Origin: an uncultured cyanobacterium
GTDB lineage: Bacteria > Cyanobacteriota > Cyanobacteriia > Cyanobacteriales > CAWCAG01
Length of the DNA: 64,000 bases
Direction of reading: 5' to 3'
Assembly: GCA_963803805.1 (NCBI GenBank)
Contig: CAWDOD010000002.1
Location: 288,001-352,000, forward strand
The translations under genes were made by a program, and so were the position numbers. This document shows positions 46,007-57,520 of this stretch, in pieces (positions within the stretch are counted from its first letter, which is position 1; every line of letters begins with the position of its first letter). The notes beneath the pieces were generated by a model. That model was not told where the DNA came from, did no database searches, and saw nothing but the letters and a program-made list of their open reading frames with translations.

Positions 46007-48247
46007 CTAGATGTCAGGGAAATTTCGTAAGCGCAAAGCATTTGTAACTACAGAAACAGAACTAAAAGCCATAGCTGCCCCGGCGATCGCTGGGTTAAGT
46101 AGCCAGCCGAAAAAAGGATAGAGAATACCGGCGGCGATGGGAATACCTAAGAGGTTATAAATATAAGCGAAAAAGAGATTTTGACGGATGTTTTTCATCG
46201 TTGCTTTACTTAATTTAATCGCTGTAACAATACCTTGTAAATCTCCAGAAATTAAGGTAATATCGCTAGCGGCTATAGCTACATCTGTTCCTGTACCAAT
46301 AGCAATACCTACATCAGCTTGACTTAAAGCTGGGGCATCATTGATACCATCTCCTACCATTGCCACAACTTTACCTTCTTGCTGTAAAGCTTCGATTTGA
46401 CTGGCTTTTTGGTGGGGTAAGACCTCAGCTATTACTCGCTGAATACCGGCTTCACCGGCGATCGCTTCTGCTGTAGGGCGGTTATCTCCTGTGAGCATGA
46501 TTACTTCTAAACCTAAGTTACGTAAGGCTTTTACTGTTGTTACGGTAGATGGTTTTAAAGTATCGGCGATGGCTAACAAACCTTCTACTTCCCCATCAAC
46601 AGCAATCCAAACTGTAGTTTTCGCTTCAGATTCCCAGGTTTGATTATAAGTTTGCAGGGATTTAGTATCTATTCCCAATTGCTTAAACCAATGTTGCGTA
46701 CCAATTTGCACTCTTTTCCCTGCTATAAAACCTTGTACTCCTTTACCCACAAGGGCAGTAAAGTTTTCTACTTCCGGTAAAGGTAGTTTGATTTCCTGAC
46801 TTTGGGCGTAACTAACAATCCCTTGGGCGAGGGGATGTTCAGAATTTGCTTCTACTGCGGCGACTAAGGCAAGGATTTGGATCTCGTTGCTTGCTTTGAC
46901 ACCTTTCACCGTGACAAAATCAGTAACGCTAGGTTGCCCTTGGGTGATCGTGCCGGTTTTATCTAAAACAATGGTTTGAATCTTCTGTGCTAGTTCTAAA
47001 CTATCTCCACCTTTAATCAAAACCCCATTTTCTGCCCCTTTGCCTGTACCTACCATGATGGAAGTAGGGGTTGCTAAACCTAAAGCACAAGGACAAGCAA
47101 TAATTAAAACACTCACCCCTGTAACTATAGCTAAAGTTAAATTCCCTACTACAATAAACCAAATAAGGAAGGTTGCGATCGCAATTATAATTACCCCCGG
47201 TACAAACCAACCTGTTACTTGATCAGCAAGATTTTGAATCGGGGCTTTGCTAGTTTGGGCATCTTGTACTAACTTGATAATTTGGGCTAAAACCGTCTCT
47301 TTTCCTACTCCCTGGGCGCGAAATTGAAAACTTCCTGTCTTGTTCAGAGTTGCCCCAATCACCTCATCGCCAGGCTGCTTTTCCACAGGCATTGCTTCTC
47401 CTGTCACCATCGCTTCATCTACTGTAGAAGTACCTGTAACCACCTCTCCATCCACAGGAATTTTTTCTCCTGGCCGTACCACTACCACATCTCCTACCAT
47501 CACTTCTTCTAGGGGAACATCTTCTATTTGCCCGTCTCGAACTACCCTTGCTGTCTTGACTTGCAGCCCCATCAACTTGCGGATTGCTACTGATGTTTGC
47601 GCTTTGGCACGGCTTTCTAACAATCGCCCTAAAAGGATTAAGGTAATAATAACTACCGCAGCTTCATAATAAACTTCTAGTGGCAGCCCCCTGTTAAGAA
47701 AGAATTTGGGTAATAAAGTAACCCATAAAGAGTAAAGATAAGCCGTACCAGTCCCCAAGGCTACCAAGGTGTTCATATCCGTACTACGACGTTGTAAAGC
47801 TTTGAATGCACCAATGAAAAAGCCTTTACCACACCAAAATAGTACAGGGGTAGTTAATGCTAACTGTAGCCAGAAATTGTGTAACCAAAAGGGAATAAAA
47901 GGCAGATGAATACCTGTCATAGCAGGCAGAGAACCAATTACTAAAATACTACTAACCACTGCCCCAAAGATAACTTTGTTAGTTAAATCTCTTTGTTTCT
48001 TTTGGTATTTAGATTCTTCTTCTTCCCCATACCCTGAGTCTATTTCCGCACCATAACCTACTTTGATTATGGCCTGCCGAATTGCTTCTAAATCTGTTTC
48101 TTGGGGATTGTATGCAACTTTACCTTGGGAAAGAGCAAAATTAACATTACAACTCTCTACTCCCTTAACTCTGGCAACTACTTTCTCGATACTAGCTGCA
48201 CAAGAAGCACAACTCATTCCTTGTAACCGAAAATTGGCTGTTTCCAT
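46007..48247 (-). CDS. Cu(I)-translocating P1B-type ATPase (PacS/CopA-like)
   Basis: [36 protein letters not shown] and MAFSS motifs. Confidence 0.95.
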   Translation of the reverse strand: METANFRLQGMSCASCAASIEKVVARVKGVESCNVNFALSQGKVAYNPQETDLEAIRQAIIKVGYGAEIDSGYGEEEESKYQKKQRDLTNKVIFGAVVSSILVIGSLPAMTGIHLPFIPFWLHNFWLQLALTTPVLFWCGKGFFIGAFKALQRRSTDMNTLVALGTGTAYLYSLWVTLLPKFFLNRGLPLEVYYEAAVVIITLILLGRLLESRAKAQTSVAIRKLMGLQVKTARVVRDGQIEDVPLEEVMVGDVVVVRPGEKIPVDGEVVTGTSTVDEAMVTGEAMPVEKQPGDEVIGATLNKTGSFQFRAQGVGKETVLAQIIKLVQDAQTSKAPIQNLADQVTGWFVPGVIIIAIATFLIWFIVVGNLTLAIVTGVSVLIIACPCALGLATPTSIMVGTGKGAENGVLIKGGDSLELAQKIQTIVLDKTGTITQGQPSVTDFVTVKGVKASNEIQILALVAAVEANSEHPLAQGIVSYAQSQEIKLPLPEVENFTALVGKGVQGFIAGKRVQIGTQHWFKQLGIDTKSLQTYNQTWESEAKTTVWIAVDGEVEGLLAIADTLKPSTVTTVKALRNLGLEVIMLTGDNRPTAEAIAGEAGIQRVIAEVLPHQKASQIEALQQEGKVVAMVGDGINDAPALSQADVGIAIGTGTDVAIAASDITLISGDLQGIVTAIKLSKATMKNIRQNLFFAYIYNLLGIPIAAGILYPFFGWLLNPAIAGAAMAFSSVSVVTNALRLRNFPDI

Positions 48248-48269
48248 GACTCTTTTTCTCTCTTTATCC

Positions 48270-48316
48270 CCTTAACCTACTTTGAGGTTAATGTCTCTAT
48301 TCGACTGGAGAGTCAA
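48270..48316 (-). promoter_or_regulatory. MerR-family-type promoter with long spacer and dyad operator(s)
   Basis: -35 TTGACT (48316-48311), 20-bp spacer, -10 TAACCT (48290-48285); dyad TCTCCAGTCGAATAGAGA; second dyad CCTCAA-N6-TTAAGG. Confidence 0.65.
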
Positions 48317-48728
48317 GTATTAATGATGCCGTCAGGAAACATTCAGCCGAACAATGATTAGACAAAAAGCAGTGATCGCAGTGAAATTCTCAACAATAAT
48401 TGGGTTTGAACCCCTTACAAAGAATGTTTATTTTTATGTTGACTTGGTTCTTATTTAGCAGTAATATATTTTAAGGGGAAATATATAGTTTACTTCAAAA
48501 AATTGCATCTATTTCCATTATCTAAAGTATTTTAAATTATCAAGAGAATAAATAGTAGAAATTTTAAAAAACTTAATTTTTCCCTTGACGTTAATCAAAT
48601 TAACCCAACACAGATTAAAAAACTTACCCTTCGTAGACAAAGGACGACCCAACTTTATCAGTTTGTAGGTTGCCACATCAAAGAAAAAGAAAATGGGTCG
48701 TCTCTACCGAATATTTGTTTTCTGACAA

Positions 48729-50117
48729 TTAGCGATTAGCACCAACAGGTAAATGACTATCAATTACCTGACGATACTCACTCTTTTGCTTCAATCCTTG
48801 GAGGTTAGCTAAGATTTCTTTGTCCTTGAAAAACTGGATTGTTGGTGTACCTACCACCATTGCCTTCTCAGCAATTTCTTGTTCTTCAGCAATATCAATT
48901 TCTACAAAATGGATCTTACCTTCATACTCATCTACTACCTTATCTAAAATTGGTTTCAAGGTATGACAAGGACCACAAGTAGGCGAAACATACTTCACCA
49001 TAATTAAGCGATCGCTATCGTGGAAGAGTTTCCGTAGGGCATAGCCTCCATAATGGCGAGTCTTATTCAGATCAAAAGTCTCTTCAGTATCAGCAGCAGG
49101 TTTATCGCTTTTTTCCTCAGTTTTAGGTTGTTCTGCCTCTAAATCCTGATGATACTCCTGAACTAAATTATTTGCCGACAACCATCTTTCTGCTGCCATT
49201 GCCGCCATACAACCTGTACCCGCAGCAGTAATAGCTTGGCGATATTCATGATCTTGGACATCTCCAGCCGCATAAACCCCTTCCACACTGGTTTCTACAG
49301 TACCAGCCTTAACTTTAATATAACCCACTTCATCTAAATCTAACTGTCCTTTGAACAAGGAAGTATTAGGGGTATGTCCAATGGCATAAAACAAGCCACC
49401 GACTTTTAATTTTCCTTCTTCCCCTGTCTTGGTATTGCGGGTTTTAATTCCTTCCAAGCGATTATCCGTACCAAAAACGTCCACAGGTTCAGTATGCCAA
49501 TGTACAGTAATTTTGGGATTATTCAAAACCCGATCCTGCATAGTTTTGCTAGCCCGCATCTGTTCACCTCGCACTAACATATGAACGCGATCGCCATATT
49601 TAGTTAAATAAACTGACTCTTCGGCAGCAGAATCGCCACCACCAACTACAGCCAACTCTGCCCCCCGAAAAATAGGTGTTGCACCATCACAGATAGCACA
49701 AGCAGAGATGCCATGACTCCAAAAAGTTGCTTCACTAGGTAAGCCTAAACGTTTTGCCGTTGCCCCAGTTGCGATCGCAATACTATGGGCTTTTACCTCT
49801 CTTTCTTGGGAACGAATTGTAAAAGGACGTTGCGAAAAATCTACATAAGTTACATCTTCGGTATAACATTCAGTCCCCCAACGCACCGCCTGTGCCTTCA
49901 TACGATCCATCAATTGTGGCCCCGTAATGCCTTCGGGGAAGCCAGGGAAGTTCTCAACTTCTGTCGTTGTCATCAACTGTCCCCCTGGTATACCCCCAGC
50001 TTGGTAGCCTGTGAACATCAAAGGTTTAAGGTTAGCCCTAGCAGCGTAGATAGCAGCAGTATAACCTGCGGGACCAGAACCAATAATTACTAAATTCTCA
50101 ACTTTGGGGTTTGCCAT
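48729..50117 (-). CDS. trxB: NADPH-thioredoxin reductase C (TrxB plus fused thioredoxin domain)
   Basis: GSGPAG, CAICDG, GGGDSA, C-terminal CGPC thioredoxin. Confidence 0.93.
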   Translation of the reverse strand: MANPKVENLVIIGSGPAGYTAAIYAARANLKPLMFTGYQAGGIPGGQLMTTTEVENFPGFPEGITGPQLMDRMKAQAVRWGTECYTEDVTYVDFSQRPFTIRSQEREVKAHSIAIATGATAKRLGLPSEATFWSHGISACAICDGATPIFRGAELAVVGGGDSAAEESVYLTKYGDRVHMLVRGEQMRASKTMQDRVLNNPKITVHWHTEPVDVFGTDNRLEGIKTRNTKTGEEGKLKVGGLFYAIGHTPNTSLFKGQLDLDEVGYIKVKAGTVETSVEGVYAAGDVQDHEYRQAITAAGTGCMAAMAAERWLSANNLVQEYHQDLEAEQPKTEEKSDKPAADTEETFDLNKTRHYGGYALRKLFHDSDRLIMVKYVSPTCGPCHTLKPILDKVVDEYEGKIHFVEIDIAEEQEIAEKAMVVGTPTIQFFKDKEILANLQGLKQKSEYRQVIDSHLPVGANR

Positions 50118-50580
50118 AATTTTATATACAACTCATAACGACTTCGTTTAATTTAGTATAGCAGATTTTGATACATGATTCTCTAGTGAAGAGGGGGTAA
50201 CTGGGTGACGAGGAGAAAACAATTAGCAATAATTGACTTTAGTTAAGTTAGTTAAGTCTGATGAATTGCGATCGCGCGTATTTCTTTCTCTGAAGCAAGA
50301 TTTATGTTATAATAGTCTCATCAGATAAAATTCAATTTCAACAAAAAAATATTTTGTCGGAGCGGGGTTGGGAGCTTTCTTCTAGATATATAAAGGAGGC
50401 AAGTATTTAACCTGCAAGGTTTTTCTGTAAAAACAGTTTGCATTCGTTCTCAACTGGTGAGTTGTAATCGCGATCACGCAAGAGTTCTGATGTAAGAGAA
50501 TCGCCTAATTATGTCAAGCTGTGTGTTTATCTGCTTAAAAAGGGAATAATCAGCGTCGCAGGTATAATGAAACTCCCTTT

Positions 50581-51912
50581 ATGAACGATAAAACCTCAGA
50601 AGCCCACGAAAAAATCCGCCAGCAATTTGATGATGTTGTCTATCCCAACATACCTCTAGAAAAGTCAGCTAAAAATTCTCCTGCATCCTTATATATTCAT
50701 AACTTAGTTACGCCTTACTACATCAGAAACAAAAAAGTAATTAATACAGAAGGTAAAATTATTCTTGATGCTGGCTGTGGTAGCGGTTACACCAGCTTAG
50801 TTTTAGCAGAAGCTAATCCAGGAGCAAAAATTGTTGGTATTGATCTTTCTCCTAAATCAATTGAACGTTCCCAAGAAAGATTAAAGCATCATGGTATAGA
50901 AAACTTTGAGTTTCATGTTCTTTCCATAGAAGATTTACGCCAGCTTGGTTTAAAGTTTGACTACATCAACTGCGATGAAGTTCTTTACCTATTACCAGAT
51001 CCTTTAGCTTGTTTAAAATTGCTCAAGTCAGTTCTCAAGCCTGAAGGAATCATCCGAGGCAACTTTCATAGTTCTTTACAGCGGACTAACTTCTATCGCG
51101 CTCAAGAAATGTTTAAGATGATGGGTTTGATGAATGAAAATCCTGGTGAGTTCGAAATGGGGATAGTACAACGAGATCATGAATGCTCTAAAAGATGGAG
51201 TCATATTAAAAGAGCGGACTTGGGATCACAAAAAGACAGAAGATGAAGAGTATTACTTAATGAATTACTTACTTTTGGAAGACAAGGGCTTTACTATTCC
51301 AGAGGTATTTTCTCTGTTTCGAGGTGCTGAATTAGAATTTATCAGCATGGTAAATTGGTGGCAATGGGATTTGATGAGTTTGTTTAAGGAGCCAGACAAT
51401 TTACCAGCCTTTCTTGGTATGAGCTTACCAGATACTTCGCCAGAGGAGCAGTTGGGGTTATTTGAATTGTTCCATCCTATCCATCGCTTACTAGATTTTT
51501 GGTTTTGCCATGCACAACAAGCTACAACTTCCCTACCTGTTGATGAGTGGGATGATTCTCATTGGCAAAAAGCTATAGTCCATTTCCATCCCCAACTGGT
51601 GACAGCAGCTGTTGAAGCAGGGATGAAAAGTAGCGTCGCACAATTCAGACCATTTGTCATCAATCAGCATTTGCCCATTACTGGTAGAATCTTGTTTCAT
51701 TGATAGCACAATTACTGCCTGTCTTTTACCCTTACTGCAATCAGCCCAGAGTATGGAGGCTTTAGTAGCAAGATACCGCAGGTTACGTCCTACCAATCCT
51801 TTAACTTTAGAATCCAGTTACTGAAGAGGATGCAGGGAAAATATTACGACAAGCACTAACCAAGCTAGAAATAGAAGGCTATTTGTTTCTTGAGTCTGAT
51901 ATTTCGACTTGA
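50581..51912 (+). pseudogene. SAM-dependent methyltransferase next to pilin, split by three single-base frameshifts (possibly assembly errors)
   Basis: LDAGCGSG; frames continue across ~51170, ~51695 and ~51812 (FIDSTITACLLPLL..., PVTEEDAGKIL...LESDIST*). Confidence 0.75.
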
Positions 51913-51993
51913 GATGATATCAAAGATTGGCTAAATGGGTAAGTTACATCCAGAAGAAACACAATACTGCCCGCCTTAAAGGAAAGAACATTT

Positions 51994-52578
51994 ATGAAGA
52001 GCGATTTAAAGGTTAAATATCTTCAATACCTAAACAACAAAAAAGCTGATGCAGGTTTTACCCTCATTGAGCTACTGGTTGTAATTATTATTATCGGTAT
52101 TCTTTCTGCTATTGCTTTACCTGCATTCTTAAACCAAGCCAACAAAGCTAGAGCATCAGAAGCCAAAACTAACGTTGGTTCTATTAACCGAGCGCAGCAA
52201 GCTTACATCTTGGAAAGTCCGAAATTTGTCACACTCCAAGCTAATTTTGGTGATTTAGGACTTGGTATTCAAACTCAAACAGAAAACTTTACTTATAAGA
52301 TTGCCGCAATGACAGGTGGGGTTACTGCCAAAGCTCAGCCCACGACTCCTGCTACTGATACTGCTGTTCTCAAAGGATATGTAGGTGCAACAGTCGTAGG
52401 AACTACAGCGGGGGGGGGTACTGGTGAAGCAACGACCCTAGCGCAGTTGTGTGAAACAAAAGACCCTGTAAATGCTACTAATGCTGCTGCTGCTATGGTT
52501 GATCCTACACTTGTGGGTACTCCCCCCGCAGTAACTGGGATTACTTGTAATGCAGCCAATCAAAAAGCCATTAAGTAA
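51994..52578 (+). CDS. pilA: Type IV pilin (PilA-like, pilin G/H family)
   Basis: Prepilin cleavage G|FTLIELLVV, NRAQQAY, C-terminal Cys pair. Confidence 0.9.
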   Translation: MKSDLKVKYLQYLNNKKADAGFTLIELLVVIIIIGILSAIALPAFLNQANKARASEAKTNVGSINRAQQAYILESPKFVTLQANFGDLGLGIQTQTENFTYKIAAMTGGVTAKAQPTTPATDTAVLKGYVGATVVGTTAGGGTGEATTLAQLCETKDPVNATNAAAAMVDPTLVGTPPAVTGITCNAANQKAIK

Positions 52579-52682
52579 AACACTAGTTTTCTTGATTAGT
52601 TAGTTGACTTTTTGTTATTAAGATGGCAAGACTTATGGCATTTGGTACTTAAGCTTAGTCTTATCTTTGTGAGTCAAGTTGA

Positions 52683-52714
52683 TGAGGTGGGTAAATCGAA
52701 ATTTACCCACCTCA
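52683..52714 (+). terminator. Stem-loop after pilin
   Basis: tgaggtgggtaaat-cgaa-atttacccacctca perfect 14-bp inverted repeat. Confidence 0.65.
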
Positions 52715-52755
52715 GTTTGTGGTTGTTATAAGTAAGTTTTTGAGTTGATGATTAA

Positions 52756-55017
52756 ATGAATAGGTTCAATACTTAATTAAAGGAGAATACAAGGAAATCT
52801 GCAAACTATATGAGCAAGCTATTGAAAATGAACCTGAAGTTAAACCTAACTATTGGTATTTAGGTTTACTCCTGTTATTACAAGGACAAAGAAGCTGAAG
52901 CGCAAATGACCTGGCTTTTTGCTATGTCAGAAGGAGATACAAATCAAGTTGACTTATGGACAAGAGAATTAGTAGAAATTCTTAAAAAAGAAGCAATAAG
53001 ATTTGCAGAAAAGCAAGATTATCAAACTGCTTGGTTGATTAGGCAACATATTCAAGAAATTATCCCTAATGATGTTAACAATCTTTTAAACATAATCTAT
53101 CTTTCTATAAAAGCCAAGCTATTTACAGAAGAAGAACAAGATTTACCACAATTAGTAGAATTTCTGGAAGATAAATATTATTGTAGGGGCGAGGATTTCC
53201 TTACCCCTACAGAGATTATTATTTCCCAACAAGGGCATTCTGACGAACACAATAGGGAAATAGATACAAATCTTTTCTTAACTGTATTAGAGCAATTATT
53301 AGAGCGTCATCCGCTACATACTGATACTCTTAAGTTAGCTAAATATAGTCTCTTTATACGCAGATAGTTCTAAAGACAAGTTATCAAGAAGTTAAACGTA
53401 TCTTATTTAGTCAAACATCAAAAATTGTTACTAGTTTACCTGCCTAACAAAGCAGTTAAATTTGTAGAACTATGTAACCAACTGAACCAAATGAAATACC
53501 TGTTTTAGCAAATCTTAGCTAATCTTTATCAAGATGCAGGAGAATATTTAAAAGGAGTTAAATATGCTCAGGAAATGCTGGCTGCTGCTAAGTTACTAGA
53601 AGACAAGATTGCTGCCCATTATCTTCTTGTTAGAGGTTTAATGAAAGCAGGAGGTTATTGGCAAGAGGCACAAGAAACTTATGATAGGTTTAAAGGTTTA
53701 GTAGCAGAATTAATTTCTTACAATAGTCAAATCAGAGAAGACCATTTTATTAATTTGTTTGGTACAGTTTCTTTTTCCAGTTACTTCGCTGATGAACCGC
53801 AAGAAAATCATTCTTTACGCAACCAAGTTTCTGTTTACTGCCAAACGGGAATCCAAGCTTACTACAATTCCAAAAAAGAGCTTTTTTCTTTCAACTCTCC
53901 CCAACAAAACAAGAAAAGTCTTAAAATAGGTTACTTATCTGGTTGCTTACGCAGACATTCTGTAGGCTGGATATCTCGTTGGTTATTACAACATCATGAT
54001 AAAGAGAAGTTTGCTGTTTATGCCTATTCCCTTGATGCTAAAATTGATAATGTTCAAGCTGATATTACTCAATCAGTTGACTATTTACGAGACGTATCTA
54101 AACTAAAAACTGTTAAGGAAATAGCTGAACAAATCTACAAAGATAAGATTGATATTCTCATTGATCTTGATAGCTTAACTTCTAGCGGAGTTTGTGGTGT
54201 AGTGGCACTCAAACCTGCACCTATACAAGTAACTTGGTTAGGTACTGACGCTTCTGGCATCCCCGCCATAGACTATTTCATCGCTGATTCCTACGTCTTA
54301 CCCAAATCAGCCTCAGAATATTACACAGCCAAAATCTGGCGTTTACCTAACACTTATGTTGCTGTAGATGGGTTTGAAATTGGCGTACCTACCTTACGTC
54401 GAGATGAACTTGGTATTGCAGAAGATGCAGTAATTTATCTTAGCGCCCAAACCGGTTATAAACGCCATCCTCATACCGCAAGGCTGCAAATGAAGATTAT
54501 TAAGGAAGTGCCTAATAGTTACTTCTTAATTAAAGGTTTAGCCGATGAAGACTCAATTAAAAAGTTTTTTACGCAAATTGCCATAGAAGAAGGGGTAGAA
54601 GTAGAAAGGTTAAGATTTTTACCTAAAGTTGCCTCCGAAGAAATTCACCGGGCTAACTTAGGTATTGCCGATATAGTTTTAGATACCTATCCTTATAACG
54701 GGGCAACCACAACCTTAGAAACTCTTTGGATGGGTGTACCTTTAGTAACGAGAGTAGGAGAACAATTTGCTGCCCGTAATAGCTATACAATGCTGAAGAA
54801 TGTCGGTGTGGAAGCAGGAATTGCTTGGAGTGATCAAGAGTATGTAGAGTGGGGAATTCGTTTAGGGAAAGATGCAGCTTTACGCCAAGAAGTTGCTTGG
54901 CAGCTTAGGAAATCACGACAAATTTCACCTCTTTGGAATGCTAAACAATTTACTAAGGAAATGGAGAAAGCTTATGAACAAATATGGCAGAAGTATATTA
55001 GTAACCAAACAGTTTAA
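52756..55017 (+). pseudogene. TPR plus O-GlcNAc transferase (SPINDLY/GT41), 5' part broken by several frameshifts; catalytic part 53575-55017 open
   Basis: YEQAIE.EP....YWYLGLLLLLQGQ.EAQMTW; KIGYLS..LRRHSVG, KPAPIQVTWLG, LDTYPYNGATTTLE.LWMGVP. Confidence 0.8.
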
Positions 55018-55204
55018 GCAAATGTAAAAGAGGAAAAAACCAAAATGAATACAGAAGGAGTAGGATTCTACTCTCAATTTACTAGAACAGTATCCTTCTT
55101 GGGAAAATGACTAACCTTCTCTTATGAATCTATTTATGCAATAGCTGAAAAGTAGCAACGATATAATAACTAGTGTTACCCAAACTCAAAAAAGAGAGGT
55201 CAAG

Positions 55205-55819
55205 ATGGTACAAACAGCCCCTATACCAGAAACAACAACCTTATCAATTGAGTTACCCAAGTCTATCACCTTATATGTAAATCAAGAACAGTTTACCGCC
55301 CTAGCAGCAGTTAACCGAGATGTGAGGCTGGAAAGAACTGCACAAGGAGAATTAATTGTGAATCCACCAACAGGCTGGGAAACTGGAAGACGCAATAGTA
55401 GCCTTACTGGGCAACTTGATCGCTGGCATGAAGAAAATGAAGATTTAGGGGAAGTATTTGACTCTTCAACTGCCTTTACTTTACCCAACGGTGCAATTCG
55501 TTCTCCCGATGCTTGTTGGGTTAGTCAAGAACGTTGGGATGCCCTTACTCCAGAACAAAAAGGAACTTTTGCTAATATTTGTCCCGACTTTGTAGTAGAA
55601 TTGCGTTCTAGTTCAGATACCCTCAAATCCCTACAAGAGAAAATGAGAGAGTATCTTGAGAATGGGGCAATACTTGGTTGGTTAATCGATCCAAAGCATC
55701 GCCGAGTGGAAATTTATCGATTAGGGTTAGGGGTGGAAACTCTGGAAAATCCTGCCGGGTTGTCTGGGGAAGAAATGTTACCCGGTTTTACTTTAGATTT
55801 GCGTCGGCTATGGGATTAA
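55205..55819 (+). CDS. Uma2-family (DUF820) restriction-endonuclease-fold protein, copy 1
   Basis: ERTAQGELIV, FDSST, RSPDA, PDFVVELRS, LGWLIDP. Confidence 0.92.
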   Translation: MVQTAPIPETTTLSIELPKSITLYVNQEQFTALAAVNRDVRLERTAQGELIVNPPTGWETGRRNSSLTGQLDRWHEENEDLGEVFDSSTAFTLPNGAIRSPDACWVSQERWDALTPEQKGTFANICPDFVVELRSSSDTLKSLQEKMREYLENGAILGWLIDPKHRRVEIYRLGLGVETLENPAGLSGEEMLPGFTLDLRRLWD

Positions 55820-55872
55820 GAAACTAATTAACGTTCTAGATTGATTAAATGAGATTAAAAGAAGAGGGCAAA

Positions 55873-56487
55873 ATGGTACAAACGCCTCCTAAACTCGAAA
55901 CAGAAACATTATTAATTGAGTTACCCAAGTCTATCACCTTATATGTAAATCAAGAACAGTTTACCGCCCTAACAGCAGTTAACCGAGATGTGAGGCTGGA
56001 AAGAACTGCACAAGGAGAATTAATTGTGAATCCACCAACAGGCTGGGAAACTGGAGAACGTAATTGCAGTATTTCCGCAGAGTTGTACATTGGGTGGCGT
56101 AATGCGGGGGAACCAGGTAAAGTTTTTGACTCTTCCACAGGCTTTATTTTACCAAATGGTGCAATTCGTTCTCCCGATGCTTGTTGGGTTAGTCAGGAAC
56201 GTTGGGATGCCCTTACTTCAGAACAAAAAGGAACTTTTGCTAATATTTGTCCCGACTTTGTAGTAGAATTGCGTTCTAGTTCAGATACCCTCAAATCCCT
56301 ACAAGAGAAAATGAGAGAGTATCTTGAGAATGGGGCAATACTTGGTTGGTTAATCGATCCAAAGCATCGTCGGGTAGAAATTTATCGATTAGGGTTAGGG
56401 GTGGAAACTCTGGAAAATCCTGCCGGGTTGTCTGGGGAAGAAATGTTACCCGGTTTTACTTTAGATTTGCGCCGAGTATGGGATTAA
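55873..56487 (+). CDS. Uma2-family (DUF820) protein, copy 2
   Basis: Same motifs; tandem duplicate at a 668-bp offset. Confidence 0.92.
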   Translation: MVQTPPKLETETLLIELPKSITLYVNQEQFTALTAVNRDVRLERTAQGELIVNPPTGWETGERNCSISAELYIGWRNAGEPGKVFDSSTGFILPNGAIRSPDACWVSQERWDALTSEQKGTFANICPDFVVELRSSSDTLKSLQEKMREYLENGAILGWLIDPKHRRVEIYRLGLGVETLENPAGLSGEEMLPGFTLDLRRVWD

Positions 56488-56554
56488 GAAACTAACCAGT
56501 CTCTCTCCTCGTCTTTTGCTAATACCCGACACCGAAATTAGCGCCGTACTCCCT

Positions 56555-57244
56555 ATGTCTGTTATTCTTCTCCAACAATTAGTTAAATCTGCTCTTCCGG
56601 TAATACTTTTTAGTACCTTTGTAACTGGATCTGTATTGTCGGCAACTGCTGCGATCGCCCAAATTCCCAATCTTGAAGAGAACGAAAGTACTTTACCTTT
56701 TAATAATTCTGAAAATTTAGTTATTCCTTCTGGTAGGGAAATTTTAGTTAACTACAAAGGGGCGGATAAGCTTTTAGTAACCAAGGATGAAACTATGGCT
56801 TTAACCTTGACTGTCGCCGTAGATGTTCAGGATAGTCAAGGCAAATTGGTTATTCCCAAAGGAAGTCGAATTTTGGGGCAACTTCAGCCTGTGAATAATG
56901 GTATGCAATTTTTGGCCCAGGAATTAGTTATTCAAGAAGAGCAACGCTATAGTTTAGAAGCCACTTCTGGTATTGTTACTCGCAGCGAAACTTTAGAAAA
57001 AGATAGCCAGTCTGGGGAAAAGCTGAAAAATACGGTTGTTAGCGTGGCAGTTGGGGCTTTAACAGAAGTAATAAATGGTGGTAGCCCTGAAATTCCTACA
57101 GAACTTTTGGGTGGTACTTTTATTGAAGTTATGAATGAATTACTTCTTGGTAAAAAAGAGGTAGAAATGATTGCTATTTATCCTAACAGCGACTTGCATT
57201 TAACTTTGCTTACAGATTTCTCAGCCAGACAAGATCGGAATTAG
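56555..57244 (+). CDS. Secreted hypothetical protein (VIP.GS.I.GQLQP domain)
   Basis: Signal peptide; beta-rich domain like those in cyanobacterial surface proteins. Confidence 0.65.
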   Translation: MSVILLQQLVKSALPVILFSTFVTGSVLSATAAIAQIPNLEENESTLPFNNSENLVIPSGREILVNYKGADKLLVTKDETMALTLTVAVDVQDSQGKLVIPKGSRILGQLQPVNNGMQFLAQELVIQEEQRYSLEATSGIVTRSETLEKDSQSGEKLKNTVVSVAVGALTEVINGGSPEIPTELLGGTFIEVMNELLLGKKEVEMIAIYPNSDLHLTLLTDFSARQDRN

Positions 57245-57475
57245 GTTTGATGGGGAGATAGGGAGATGGGGGAGGGTTTTACGGCTTATTTCCTAGTTGA
57301 GTAATACACAGTTTAAATGCACATCAGCTTACTAACTATGTAAATAGTTTAGCTAAGCTAAGACGCATTCATATTGCATTAATAGCGTTACCTTTATTTT
57401 TGAGCTTCTTACTTCAATTGATTACTAACTCTCCTTCATTTACTTTTGACTTTACGCTGTTCTTTTCCTAAGAAA

Positions 57476-57520
57476 AAAATCATCTAATCCCCCCATTTAT
57501 AGAAGGGATTAGATGATTTT
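57476..57520. terminator. Inverted repeat, probable terminator
   Basis: aaaatcatctaatccc...gggattagatgatttt. Confidence 0.65.

Noticed and set aside
55205-56487. Diversity-generating retroelement TR/VR pair
   Set aside because: Differences are not adenine-specific, both copies are full ORFs, and there is no reverse transcriptase in the window.
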